A DNA stretch of 58,907 bases, the filler included. It is 5 parts of 5 records of this genome, joined end to end, with 100 filler letters (N's around TTAATTAATTAA, not from the genome) between each part and the next. Parts side by side here need not be neighbours in the genome. Positions count along the whole stretch, not along the records: positions 1 to 20,116 come from SRR20825019_1878; positions 20,217 to 35,343 come from SRR20825019_1879; 3 more parts are not named here. One strand, 5' to 3'. Positions 19,308-30,989 of the stretch are shown here, piece after piece. Position 1 is the first letter of the stretch. Each line of letters starts with the position of its first letter. The notes beneath the pieces were generated by a model, which was given only the letters and a program-made list of their open reading frames with translations, did not search any database and was not told the origin of the DNA. The position numbers and the translations under genes were made by a program.

Positions 19308-19550
19308 TTAAGAATCGTTGACCACCGAGCGATTGACGATCTTCAAGCGGCCATCCGGTTGGACGACATAGATCTCACGGTAGCGGCTTCCCCCACTGTG
19401 GAACTCGTTGAACGTCACCGAACCCACCGGCGTCCTGGTCAGCGGGGATTGTTCGGGGTTGTAGTTGAGACTTCCACTGATCGGCTCGAGCGCCGCCGCG
19501 GGCGCGGCGATGTAAAGCGTGGCGAGGGCGGTTAAAACTGCTATTTTCAT
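19308..19550 (-). CDS. Small secreted hypothetical protein (80 aa)
   Basis: Signal peptide MKIAVLTALATLYIAAPAAA; followed by a terminator. Confidence 0.75.
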   Translation of the reverse strand: MKIAVLTALATLYIAAPAAALEPISGSLNYNPEQSPLTRTPVGSVTFNEFHSGGSRYREIYVVQPDGRLKIVNRSVVNDS

Positions 19551-19759
19551 AATGGTTTCCGTATAAAAACTGGTTTGCTTCACGATCTCGGACTGGATAT
19601 CGCCAGAACCGATGCCGGGAACATCGCAGCACGGATGTTCACTGTGAAATCAAGCAGTGGCGAGGGAAACCGTCACTTGCGATAAAGCCATTGGGACCAG
19701 AGTTCACGCAGGCGTTACGGCGCCGCCGTTGAAAACCCGGGACCGAACGACCATGGATT

Positions 19760-20116
19760 TCAGACAGTGAACGGGGTGACGGGGACGTTGTCGATAAGAC
19801 GGGTTTCACCGAGCCAGGCGGCTGCGAGAAGCCTTGCAGGACGATCGGCGCGCTGAAGAGGCTCCAGGGTTTCTGCATCGCGCAGCTCGAAATACTCCAC
19901 CCGATCGAACCCGGCCCGTTGCAGGGCTTTCTGAGCAGCTTCCAGAACGGGAGCAGCGTCAGCACCGCCGGCAAGGCGCGCCGCACTCTGCAGCAAAACA
20001 TCTGCAATTGCGGGTGCGATGCGACGCTGCGCGTCTGTCAGGCGTACATTGCGGGATGAGAGAGCCAGATTGTCGGCTTCGCGCACAGTCGGACAGCCGA
20101 CAATCTCGACAGGGAT
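19760..20116 (-). CDS. panC: Pantoate-beta-alanine ligase, 3' part (cut by contig end)
   Basis: PTVREADNLALSSRN (KMSKS-like), AAWLGETRLIDN. Confidence 0.93.
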   Translation of the reverse strand: MPVEIVGCPTVREADNLALSSRNVRLTDAQRRIAPAIADVLLQSAARLAGGADAAPVLEAAQKALQRAGFDRVEYFELRDAETLEPLQRADRPARLLAAAWLGETRLIDNVPVTPFTV

Positions 20117-20216
20117 NNNNNNNNNNNNNNNNNNNNNNNNNNNNNNNNNNNNNNNNNNNNTTAATTAATTAANNNNNNNNNNNNNNNNNNNNNNNNNNNN
20201 NNNNNNNNNNNNNNNN
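20117..20216. other. Assembly spacer
   Basis: 100 nt of N containing TTAATTAATTAA. Confidence 0.99.
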
Positions 20217-20900
20217 CCCCCCCCCCCCCCCCCGCCGCCCCGGCCCGACTGAGGAAGAAAGACTCTCAAACAACCGGAGTGCCGGCGGGCCGCAGCGGCC
20301 ACCACTGCCGATCTGGCGGCCTTACTGCTTCAAACCCTGGTTGATTGTCGTTCCACCACCGTATCAGAGCGTCGTTGCCCCACCAGTCCCCATCCGATCC
20401 TCCGGGCTGAGCGCAATTGAATCCCCTCCAGCTCGGTGACTGAGCCACGCATAGCGGGGGACTCGGGCAGGCTGGCTGGCGGGGCTGCATTTCGCGTTGG
20501 CAAACCGTTTGACTCGGGACCGGACTGGGGGTTGGCCCGATAACCGAGAAAATGTGCCTGCTGGTCATCGCATTTCATTTTCAGTTTTTCGCAGTTTGAA
20601 ATTTGCACACTCGCCTCGCACGTGTTCAACAGTGCTTTTCACGTACAGTACGGCGGGTCGGGGTGCAGTGACCTTCGTCAGTGATGAGTTTGACCTGCAG
20701 CTGGTGAGTCGGACGAGGCCCCGGCCCGCCGGGGCCGGGGCCGCACTGACGGTGGCACCGTGGCCGGGCGCTGGGCCGCCCGGCCCCCGCTGCCGGGTCC
20801 CGGCAGGCTCCTGCTGGGACCGCCCGACGGAACTCCATCAGCCTTTGCCCCGTCCGTTCCCCATTGCCCGTCACGGTGGTGCCCGTTCAACCTCGGTGGG
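20217..20900. promoter_or_regulatory. GC-rich island A, upstream of LIN54 (starts with C17)
   Basis: GC-rich non-coding stretch 5' of the LIN54 ATG. Confidence 0.5.
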
Positions 20901-21110
20901 CCGGCGGCGACTGTTGCCGCCAATGTTTTCTTCTGCGTCCCTTTCCGCACTCCTTCTCTTGCCTATCATACGGACGCAAAAGCTCTGTTCGCTCTCCGCA
21001 AGAGCTATGCTCGCCATTCAAATATACCCACAGTCACTGTTTGGTTTGAAGTGGTTGTCTAGGAGTCTCTTGCTGTAGCGAGTGTAATGGAATAATTAAT
21101 TCCTCAAAGC

Positions 21111-22503
21111 ATGGCGAAAGATACAGTTGAGGAAACGGATAATGCGTCCCACTCTGACGACAAGTCGAGTGGGCCAAGCGCGAGCCCGTCCCAGTCCCCA
21201 TCACCAACCCCGTCTCCGACACCTACACCGTGTGTAGTACATTTGGATGGGTGTTTAATTTTTGACCACTTGAGCAGGAAGTCCAAAGGAGCGAAGAATG
21301 AAAAGGGAGGAAAGAAGTCCGCTAAGATGGCTGCCTTCGTACGAAATTTACAGCTGGACGTTCCAACAAAGAAAAGAAACTGCAACTGCAAAAATAGTCG
21401 TTGCCTGAAACTGTAACCGAAGTATTCACTATGGTGCCTTTCCACGTTGCTGACATGCTCATGACAGATATTGTGAATGCTTTGCTTCAGGGCAGTTCTG
21501 TGACGACTGCAACTGTGTTGCGTGCTGCAACAACCCCGAACACGAAAGTCTGCACAAAGAGGCGGTGGCCATTACACTTGAGAGGAACCCATCGGCATTT
21601 ATGCCGAAAATTGCTCCAAGTCCCGTGGACGGGGACGCCACCACGGTAAGGCAACAAATTTTGCATCCTAGATTTCTGTACCAACGCCTTCATTTGCCAG
21701 CCCATGACTGCACGTCATAACCGCGGCTGCAATTGCAAGAAATCAGGGTGCTTGAAGAAATATTGCGAGTGCTTCCAAGCTGGAATTTTGTGCTCATCCA
21801 ACTGTAAGTGTTGTCACTGCAAGAATTTTGAGGGGTCAGTCGAGCTTCGAAATGTTGGGGGTGCCTCGAACAAGAACCCATTGGGGTCACCCGTTAGCGC
21901 AAAAAGGCAGAAGACAGGCCCGATGACACCCCCGTTGCCTGTATACGGCAAATTGGCAAAAGATCAAGTAACTGCTGCCACCACAGAGAAAGTTACCATG
22001 TTCTCATTCCTTTTTCAGAAGCAGCGAGCGGACGGCACTCCGAGACGTATATTGAATGGTATCGACAACTATGATACTTCGGAGGGAAACAACACGGAAC
22101 CACGGGGTGTCGGCAGGTTCGCGCACATGTTGAGAATGCTGCCTTCACTAGCAACTAAATTGACACGACATTTCCGCTTAGGGCTCCTTTCAAGGGTACG
22201 CTAACCCCCAAAGTTATGGCGAGCGTATGCGAACTACTTCTATCTGCCGCCCGAGATATAGACTCCGAAAACAGGAATGAGAATGAAACGGACTCCGACA
22301 TCAAGCAGGTTCGTCTCTTGCGTCATAGTGGCTCCGCTCGGTGCATTGAAATTCGCAATGCAGGAAGAGGCTGTACTTGGCGAGTTTAATACCTGCGTCA
22401 AGCAAATTGTCAATGAAACCAAGAAACGCGGTAAGGCAGTCTTTGCATGATCTCTGCACTGCCTCACTTAAATTGGCCTGCCGCAGAGTGTGTCTTGACT
22501 TAA
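21111..22503 (+). CDS. LIN54: LIN54/tesmin/TSO1 double CXC (CRC) domain protein, multi-exon
   Basis: Spliced (introns 21230-21277, 21413-21467, 21646-21700 and later ones): [16 protein letters not shown]...RNPSAF.PK...[20 protein letters not shown], plus LIN54-type C-terminal helix [16 protein letters not shown]. Confidence 0.88.
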
Positions 22504-22547
22504 TGGAATCCCCAAAGGAGTAAATGTGACTTTGCAGTCCAACGGTG

Positions 22548-23048
22548 CTATCGCCCCCAGGCCCATTGAGGGCACTCGGCTCGGGGGACAAATATCACGG
22601 TGCCCTCTTGCTTGTTCTTCTTGGTGGCCGCTGGCCCAGACTGATCCTTGTACACGGGCAAGGTGAACCCAGAGACCGCATCCTTGGTGGATGTTATGGC
22701 CTCACCAGATTTCTTGTTTTTCTTTTTCTTCACCCCCATAACAGGGCCTAGCGTGTTTCCCACGTCACGGACGACTTGGCTGATTCGCTCTACATTTTCG
22801 ACGCAGACCTCGTCATCACTTGGATCGTCAAATCCTGTAGGTTTGCTAGGGTGGCTAGCGACTTCCTCTTTTGACGCATCAGCAATTGGCTGTTCAAAAA
22901 CCTTCAGCTTCTTTTTGCTTCTGCGAAAGAGAAGGACACCGTTGCCCGAGTCGTCACTATCTTCGCTCATATCGACAAAGAACTTGTCGAATTCGTGTTG
23001 CTGTGCATTATAGATATTTAGAGAACTCCTCTCGTCATGCTGGCCCAT
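22548..23048 (-). CDS. Hypothetical acidic/lysine-rich protein
   Basis: 166-aa ORF with its ATG next to island B and a KKKKNKK NLS-like run. Confidence 0.6.
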   Translation of the reverse strand: MGQHDERSSLNIYNAQQHEFDKFFVDMSEDSDDSGNGVLLFRRSKKKLKVFEQPIADASKEEVASHPSKPTGFDDPSDDEVCVENVERISQVVRDVGNTLGPVMGVKKKKNKKSGEAITSTKDAVSGFTLPVYKDQSGPAATKKNKQEGTVIFVPRAECPQWAWGR

Positions 23049-23129
23049 GGTTGGCGAGTTGCCGCGGTGGTGTACCAGTGAAGGGCAACTGTGGTGCGGT
23101 CAATGATCAGTAATCAGCCGCGACCCAAC

Positions 23130-23910
23130 GGCAGACGCCTGGCTGAGACCGGGCACCCCATGTGGCCCGGCCCCGAGCCGCGAGTCGTCCCGGGTCGGGG
23201 GCCGCGGGCGACTCGGAGGGACCAGCGTGGCTCACGGTCGGTCGCCGTCGGTCCCGTCCGCCGGGTTAGGTGGTGTGGAGGCCGGGGACCGGGGGCCAGG
23301 CCGGTCGCCTGAGCCGCCGCGCACCCGGACTGTCACGCGGGCCCGGATAGGGGTACGCGGTAGCGTGCGGCCGGCCGGGGCCCGGCCGGACGCAGTACCG
23401 TGGGGGGCCGGCCGGGCGGCCCCAGCGGCCGGCCCGGCGCCGCCATCCGATCGTCACCCGTCGGGCTCCGGGTCAGGGGGGGCGGGGCCGAGGCCCCGGC
23501 CCGCCGCGGCCGGGGCCAAACCCCGGGCGGGCCGTCAAGCCCGGCCGCCGGCGGTGGGCCGGCGCCGGCGGCGGCGCCGGGGCGGGCCGCCGGCCTCAGC
23601 GCCCCGGCGCGGGGCTCCCTCGCCCGGCCGGGCCTGGTCGGAAATCTCACACCCGATCACGATCATGTCAGGACGGACGGCCCAGCCGGGTCGGCGGCCT
23701 GCGCGGCCGCGCCGGGCCCGGCTCCCCCGGCCTCAGCGGGGCGCCGGCACGCCCCGGGCCGCCCCCGGGCCGGGCCCGGGTGCCGGGCCGCCGCGCGCGG
23801 GCCCCGCGCGGCCCACGCCCGCCGGGGCGGCCCGGATCCCGGTCCGTCCTGCCGGACGACGACGTGCCCGCGGCCCGACCCGGGGCACTTTGAGTGCCGG
23901 GCCTCAGGCC
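23130..23910. promoter_or_regulatory. GC-rich island B, between divergent genes
   Basis: nt 23761-23820 has 58/60 G+C; flanked by divergent ATGs at 23048 and 23968. Confidence 0.6.
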
Positions 23911-23967
23911 AGCAGTGAATTACTTTGAAGTAGTCATGTGCAGTATAGTCTCGTAAATGCATCTGCC

Positions 23968-25883
23968 ATGTTGTTTCCAAGTTGTCTTTTCCATGGTTTT
24001 GAGAGAACAAGCCGTGTGGCCGACCTGGATCGTCCATTTGTAACCCTATCGTATGCACAGACTTTGTGCGGGAGTGTTGCGCAGTCTCGAGAAGGTATGA
24101 GAGTTTGGAAATCCACAATCAAGTTATTTAATTTTTGGGCATCGTTTTGCAGCCGGGCAAATGAGCATAAGCTGCACAAAGTCTATGAGGTATACTCATA
24201 AGCTGCGGGCAGGAAACGAAGGGATCCTGGTTGGAGTGGGCACTGTCGAGAAAGATGATCCTTCCCTCACGGTTCGGTATGGTGTTGAGGGTGAGCTTAG
24301 GGCCAACGCAGATTGTTGGAAATAGAGAACTGATGTGCATGCTCTACTGCGTTTAGGCAGCAATCCTATCCCAGTGGTGGTCGACACAGGGCTCCGAATT
24401 CCATTATCATGCAAGTTGATATCCCATGATGATTGTGAACGGCCAATTGTTCTTGCTGTCGAGTCTACTGAAGTGGATTTCCTATCCAAGAAGAATGATT
24501 TGGAGCGGGCAGGGTATGTAACGGCGGTCTAGCTTTCATGCATTGGCTAATTTGCTGCTTCCAGGTGCCGTGTCTTGTTATGTCCATCGGTGACCGGAGT
24601 CAGGAAGGAAGTGAATCTTGTTGAGGCGTTAAGTATGTGCTTGCCATGGACGAATCTATGACATTGTTCTTATACTCGTTTGAATCACAGAATTGCTGAA
24701 AGCGGAATGTGGGATGTCAAGCCTCATGGTGGAAGGTGGCGCAAAGATCATCACGTCTTTTCTTGCACAGCATGATGAGCTTGTGGATGAAGTAGTTGTG
24801 ACCATCAGCCCGCAGTTTGTGAGTTTGATAATCGTTTCTGAGACGTGCATTAATGACTCGCCAGGTTGGGGGCTTGAACGTGATGACCAGACCCCTGGAA
24901 GGAAGCGATAATCGCCCATTCCCCAAGCTCGTCAAGTTTGAAACTGACCGACTCGACGAAGATATCATTGTGAAAGTACGGTGCCATGTTGTGGTTGATT
25001 CATTGATACTGAGGTTTTGTGGGTACAGGGAATATTTACTCTTGAAAAGACTCCCAATATAGTGTCAGGTGTCGTTGCTGATGTGCGGAGCCGTGTAGAG
25101 GACGCCGCCCAAAGGGCCGGGCCTGTTGTTGACAGCACGAAAGAGAAGGTGTCGGCAGGGTGAGATTATATGGTGGTGCACAGGTCAAAAGCTCGTCTAC
25201 TAATGTTCCACTTGTGGTAGCCTTGACCGTACTAAGAGCCGAGTGGCTCCGCTGGTAGAAAAGGCTAAGACCAATATCCAGACATCATGGAAGTACTTGA
25301 TTGACCGAGACAAGGTACGCATTGGATTAGGTGCTTATGTGTATGGCTGATGAGGGCCCTTACAGTCCGAGGGAGACAATTTCGACGGTGTAGGCCCGTC
25401 TGATGATGCCCGTTCCGCATCTGTCGGTTCAAACGAAGGTCAAGCCGCACAGAAAGGTCGCCGTGCAAAGTTCCGCGAAGGTTGGTGACGAAACAAGACA
25501 TCTTGCTCGCCTTGGCCTTATGTGCATGTAAAGGCCTGAAGGGGTTCGCTTCTAATTTCAGAGACAAAACAAAGGAGACGCTTGACAACGCGAGGGAAGG
25601 GATAATGGAAGCGAAGGGAAAGCTTAGCGAGAAACTGAAAAGAGACTCTGAGAATGCTGAACCTCTCATTCCGGGTAAGAATTTCATTCCTCAGATGATA
25701 ACACTCCAGCTTTGAGCCCGAAGAGATGTTTATTAACATTGGATCCTAGACCCCGACTCAGGGCCGTCCGGCAAGGTTTCCATGTCCGACCCAGACGGCG
25801 GGAATAATTTGGGAACGCCCGTCTCTGCACCGGTCGACCAGGCCCCATCAAGCCCAGCATCACACGCTCCTGCTATTCAATAA
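23968..25883 (+). CDS. RibD C-terminal/RIB7-type pyrimidine reductase with a long C-terminal extension, 10 introns
   Basis: Spliced RPFVTLSYAQTLCGSVA...THKLRA..EGILVGVGTVEKDDPSLTVR...LMVEGGAKIITSFL...LVDEVVVTISPQFVG; frame continues through GT-AG introns to TAA 25881-25883. Confidence 0.8.
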
Positions 25884-25891
25884 ACAAGGCA

Positions 25892-27199
25892 CTAAACAGT
25901 TGACTGATTAGATTCACGAGTGAGCGGCTGCTTTTCCTCATCCGTTGCATCGCCGCCTTGGTTTGGAGTGCACTGCTGGAACTTCGTTTCCTGTACTGTC
26001 TTCCTGCCCCTCAGGCATCTCAGCGCTATGAAGTCTGCAACCAGAGCAGCCACTCCAAGCAGAGCCATTCCTGATGCCAAGTTGAGGATGAATGGAACCA
26101 CCTCGAACTTTCGCCCAACACCTGTCGTCAGAAACGCCATCCGCACACCCCACACCTTGGCTTGGTCCCTATACTCCACGAGAGCATTGTTCACGGAGAC
26201 TCGGTACTTGTTGTAATACCTAAAGTTGAAGCCCTTGGACGGCGAGTTTGGGTCATCGAGCCGGAATGCCATCACTTTAGGTTGACAATCCTCCCGACGC
26301 TCAGCAAAGTCCAAGTCGCAATCCCACTTAAATGTCACAGCTATGAATGCACCTTTTTTCATGATCGTTTCAAAGCTTTCTACACCGGCCATCTTCAGGA
26401 GGTCCGTGACATGGAACAAATTCTCTCCCATAATGGGCTTGGCGGACTTAACATTGTCGATAGTATAGCCATACTAGAGAAAACGAGCCATGTGAGTTTT
26501 CAAACGAGTTCTGCAAGCCAGCCATTCTCACCTTCGCAAAACGGACTGAGTTCTTCATGAAGATGGTGAAAGTATCGATGCCTTTCAGTTCTGTGCCTTC
26601 GGCATCGTCCACTTCGATAGGGCACCATGCTTGAACCATGCACATCTGGCTGGGCTGGTCACACACTCCAGTGGTGACTCCATTCCTGGTAAGTTTTCCT
26701 GCGGCACACTTTCCGTCCTCATCACACGACTCTGACTTTTTGTCCTCTCCCTTACAGACTCCCCGCTATACATTCGACAGAATAAGCAACTTCCTCAAAC
26801 ACTAGTGCAAGATCTCACAAATCCTCACCTGCTGTGTATCGGTATGTAGCTGGTTGGTCGTGATGAACAACCCATTCATTTCCCCCTGAGGAAATACAGT
26901 ATCCAAAGCATCGAAAATCTTGTAGGCAGTCTTTCCATCACTATCAGTGTATTCTTCGTAGCTGGAGCCATGCAGCTTGATATTAGATACACCGACGGCG
27001 CGTTCCTGCCCCTGGTACCCATGCCTCAACCAAAGTACAAACACTGCAATGTAGCAAACTGCAAAAGATAGTGAGTTCACTTTCACGTACAACGGAACTG
27101 ATACGTACTGATGACGAACTGCACCAGCCGGTGGCACAGTCCCAGGGGAACGGATCGAACTGTAACTTTCTTCTGGGTGTTGTAGTGAAAGAGTGACAT
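25892..27199 (-). CDS. P2X purinergic receptor (ATP-gated channel family), 3 introns
   Basis: N-terminal YxTxK (HYNTQK), TM1, Cys-rich head with WCPIE, FTIFMKNSVRF, W.CDLD, GFNFR, R..AK.WGVR, TM2 LASGMALLGVA...DF. Confidence 0.92.
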
Positions 27200-27344
27200 A
27201 TCAGTTCCTATGAGCTCCCGCTTTCAAACGTAGTGGCGCTACCTGTATTTACCCGATGCTTGTGTTAGACAGCAAACTCCGGAAGCGGCGAATTCTTGTT
27301 CACCACAAATCGTGCACCCGCCTGGACACATGCGGCGTAATACG

Positions 27345-27960
27345 GGTCGGATGGGGGAACCGGGGCACAGGGCAGCGACCGTCCCTCGCGGCGGCTGCTG
27401 AAAACCTGGCTGGCGGACTCAGGACTGGGGCCGACTCCTCTCACGAGCGGCCGCGCCGGCGTCCGGGCCCGCGCTCGCAACGGCCCGAGTAGGGCCGGCC
27501 GGCATCGCAGAGGCTGCCTCCGGCGGCCGAGGAGGGCCGGGGCCGGGTTGCGGGGCCACCCGATCCGGCCCCGCGCGGACCGCCCGGCCGGGCGAGCCCC
27601 GGGGCCGGGGCCTCGGGAGAGGTCCGGACGGACCGTCCAGTCCGTGCTCGGCCGCGGCGGGGCCGCCGCGCGGGCCCACCCCATCATGTTGGGCCCCGGC
27701 GCGTAGGGCCTTATCCGTGGATTTTCTGCTTCCGACCCGGGATGACTCAAATCTCGCGCAATCTCGCGGACGGCCCACGTGGGCGGCGGGCGACCACTCC
27801 GTCGTCGCCCGCCGGCACTGACCGCCGCCAGTCTTCAGTGAGGCGCTCCTCCGTTGGCCCACCGCGCCGCGCCGCCCGCCCCGGGGTCTGGCTACTGGGG
27901 CACCCGGCGCCCGCGGCCAGCCTTGGCCATTGGGTTCCGTTCCCACTGTTCGGTCCCCTG
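27345..27960. promoter_or_regulatory. GC-rich island C, between divergent P2X and MORN genes
   Basis: Very GC-rich non-coding stretch between ATGs at 27199 (-) and 28077 (+). Confidence 0.6.
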
Positions 27961-28076
27961 TGGCAGAAACTCGTCAGTGGTGGTACTGAATCCGGCTGTC
28001 TGCAGTGTGAGTTGCAGGCAATGAAAGCGAAACTCTATAAAATCTCCCAGGACATCATGCACCAACCAAATACATC

Positions 28077-30403
28077 ATGGCTTCATCAGAAGAAAAGAAA
28101 CCTTCCAGTGTGAAGTTTTCTGAGAATAACACAGTTAATAGTATAGTTGATGCTGATGGTACATTCAAACTTCCATCCGCTTCGGTACTACTGTCTAAAA
28201 GCGCCTCCGCGGACTCTCCCGGAATTCTCAAGGCCGTAGGAACCAGCAAGCTGAGACAAGCGGTATTATCTTCGGACCTTGGCAGGAAAAATTCCTTTTC
28301 CACAATAGCTAAAATTGCCAGCAAGAAGAAGAAGCTTGAAATGGAGTTAAATGAAGAAGATAAGCAGACCAAGTTTAAGCCAACAAAAATAGCGGATATG
28401 TTGCAGTCTACCGCGAATCAACACAAAGTAGACGCAAGGAAAGCGATTATTCAGAAGTTTACAAAGCGCAAAATAGAGACACAGGAGGAGAAGTCCCTTC
28501 GATCTAAGTGTCTAGAAATCACTCATGGAATGACTGTGGTCCGGAACATGACAAAACAGGTTTCAGTGATAAGAGAAGGTACCGGAATTCTCACTGCGTC
28601 TTTGGCGGCCAATAACCTGTACAACGACTCAAGTGAAAACAACTTGATGTCAATGAAGCTGGCTCTGCACGAAACACGAGAATTAGATACGACCCGGTCA
28701 CTCCACAACAAAGGTGTGCGGAGGATAGGTCTATTTGGGCTTACCACCCCACAGCACCCTAGTTCGAGGGACAAGATGCCAGAAGGAGTTACAGCTAAGT
28801 CTTGGGTTCCTGGAAAGCCTGACTGGGATTTGGAAACTGTAGCAGCTATGTTTGAACGTGATCAAAGAACACTGATCGAAAAGGAGAAAGAAAGATGCGA
28901 CACACTCGGTGTGGAGTATCCGAGGAAGCTCTTGCGTGCAATTGAAGAGATGGAAAGTAGGGAGCGCAGGCGGCAGCTGCACGAGGAGAAAATGAAGAAA
29001 CGGAATAAGAAATGGGTATCTCCTCAGGATACATTCAACGAAAAAAACGCATCTAAGAAGGTAGAAGACCTCAAGCGAACTCGTGTTTTGGGTGGGGATG
29101 CCCCTCCTCCAAGTAAGGGAAATAGCGTACTGCTGGCAGGAATTGCTAGTGTAGGAACTGCTCGCTGGTATCGCCAAGACACCGAGGGACGCCCATCATC
29201 CGCTCCATCGCGATCAGCGTGGAGCCCATTTCGGTCGGCATCCCCCGCCATGATGGTGAAGAGCCCAAAGCTGAGGCGCAAAGCATCCGGCGGAGGGAGA
29301 CCCCCCTCACCATCAAAGAGTCAGAATACGTCAGGGCTATCCGGAGGCTCCCAACTATCTCATTCAGCTTCGGGATTCATGACACCAGACCTATCACAGT
29401 ACAAGGATGAGCATGTCAGCTTGGTGGATGGTGAGCCTCATGAGGGGCCACAGGTGCTTCCTGTGGAGCCTGATGACATCCGTCCTCGCAGCAGAAACAT
29501 CGAAAAGAATGTAGATTATCCGGAGGGGCAGTACAAAGGGAGAGTCAACACATACTTGTGCCCAGAGGGTCAAGGCACCTTGACTCTTCACGAGGGCGCG
29601 GTATACAAAGGCACATTTGTACATGGTGCCATATTTGGATGCGGGAGAATTGTTTATGACAGCGTGGTATATGAGGGACAGGTGGTGCGTGGGAGGCCAG
29701 ATGGGCTTGGGTACATGTACAATATCAAGACAAAGGAAAGGTATAATGGCGAGTTCAAGGCCGGTAAGAAGGACGGGTTGGGCGTTTGGGATGTTCCGGG
29801 CCGGTTCATCTACGAAGGGGAGTTTAAGGATGACCAGCGAAGTGGATATGGGACGCTCGACTATGAGAACGGCGATCGTTACGAAGGTATGTTCAAGGCA
29901 GACTACCCAGACATCCTCGGCGTACACCACAGATTTGAGGGCGACCGATTTGAAGGAGATATCAAGAAAGGACTATGGCAAGGGCAAGGAGTCCTGTGGA
30001 AGAGCAATGGGTCTCGGGTGGACGGCATGTTCAGCAAAGATGTCCCCCATGGTTATGCTATTGCATATAACAATAACAATCGAGTCGTGCTGAGAGGGAA
30101 GTTCGATATGGGCAGGTTCATAGAGACCCGCAGTGTCCCAGAACTGTCAGAAGGCCGCGGGCGGGCGGACTTGGCCTGTAAGCGCGCACGCCAAGCTCGT
30201 AGATCGTCACGACTCGCAGTTCACATGGCAGTTAATTCACGATGGTAAGTACTAAGAGAGTTACTGGATGGACCGTCACTCATCCCTCCAATAGCTACCG
30301 GCTCTCCCAAGACCCACTAGACGCAGACAAGGTCGGCGAAATGTCTCTGTCGGCAAAACGTGCAGCGGCACAAAAGGCCAGACGTAGGAAAGGACTTTCA
30401 TAA
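28077..30403 (+). CDS. MORN-repeat protein with a long low-complexity N-terminus
   Basis: Tandem YEGEFK.D.R.GYG-type MORN repeats at ~29520-30120; final exon after the intron starting at 30245. Confidence 0.85.
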
Positions 30404-30450
30404 TCTATCGACCATAATCTATCAAAGCAACTTCGTTATTCTAACGCGGG

Positions 30451-30907
30451 TTATGCTACATTATTAGTCTTGTAGACACAGAGGGTTACTCCGTTCCTGC
30501 TCTCCACAGCCACAGTCCTGTGAACAACCATCAGACATGCTTCTATTAAGGCCAAGGTCTCGTACATGTTCTCGGTTTCGATAGACACAAATGGTTCCTC
30601 ATCAGCATCATGGGCTAAACTCTTCGCATTATTCTTGATGCTCTGAGCAAAGCCAGCAGCTGTTGCCTTTCCAACCCCCTTGGCTATCACCCGAACTGTA
30701 AGTGCTTCATGCTGCACACCAAAGACAAGACTCTGTTCCTACCCGATAAGCACAGTCCATTGCTGTCGCAGCAAACGACGCCCACTACACCGGAAGAAGT
30801 GGTTCTGAAAACAAACAGACAACCTTAAGCCGTTGACGCAACTAGCAAGAAAGGAAACACTAGGAAACATACACTTCTCGCACTGCTTTCTCAAAGGGAA
30901 CTTCCAT
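30451..30907 (-). CDS. LAMTOR5: Ragulator subunit LAMTOR5 (HBXIP), 3 introns
   Basis: Spliced MEVPFEKAVREVTTSSGVVGVVCCDSNGLCLSAKG...AGFAQSI...EEPFVSIETENMTVAVESRNGVTLCVYK matches the LAMTOR5 pattern. Confidence 0.85.
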
Positions 30908-30989
30908 TTTATCTTCTCACAGGAGGTTTACAGCCCTTTTTTCAAGGTGGTGTTAGCGCGCGACCTCTAGCATCTCCGTCATTGGTGTG

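Noticed and set aside
20161-20172. TTAATTAATTAA palindromes (also in the three other gaps)
   Set aside because: Artificial six-frame stop linker centred in 100-nt N spacers.
22548-23048. Faint resemblance to CUSTOS-like nuclear proteins
   Set aside because: Similarity lies in low-complexity acidic and basic patches; unsupported without a profile search.
23227-23928. Long Arg/Pro/Gly/Ala ORFs in the GC islands (also 27265-27946, 30987-31649, 35396-35980)
   Set aside because: Stop-codon scarcity in very GC-rich DNA opens several frames at once; no domain signal.
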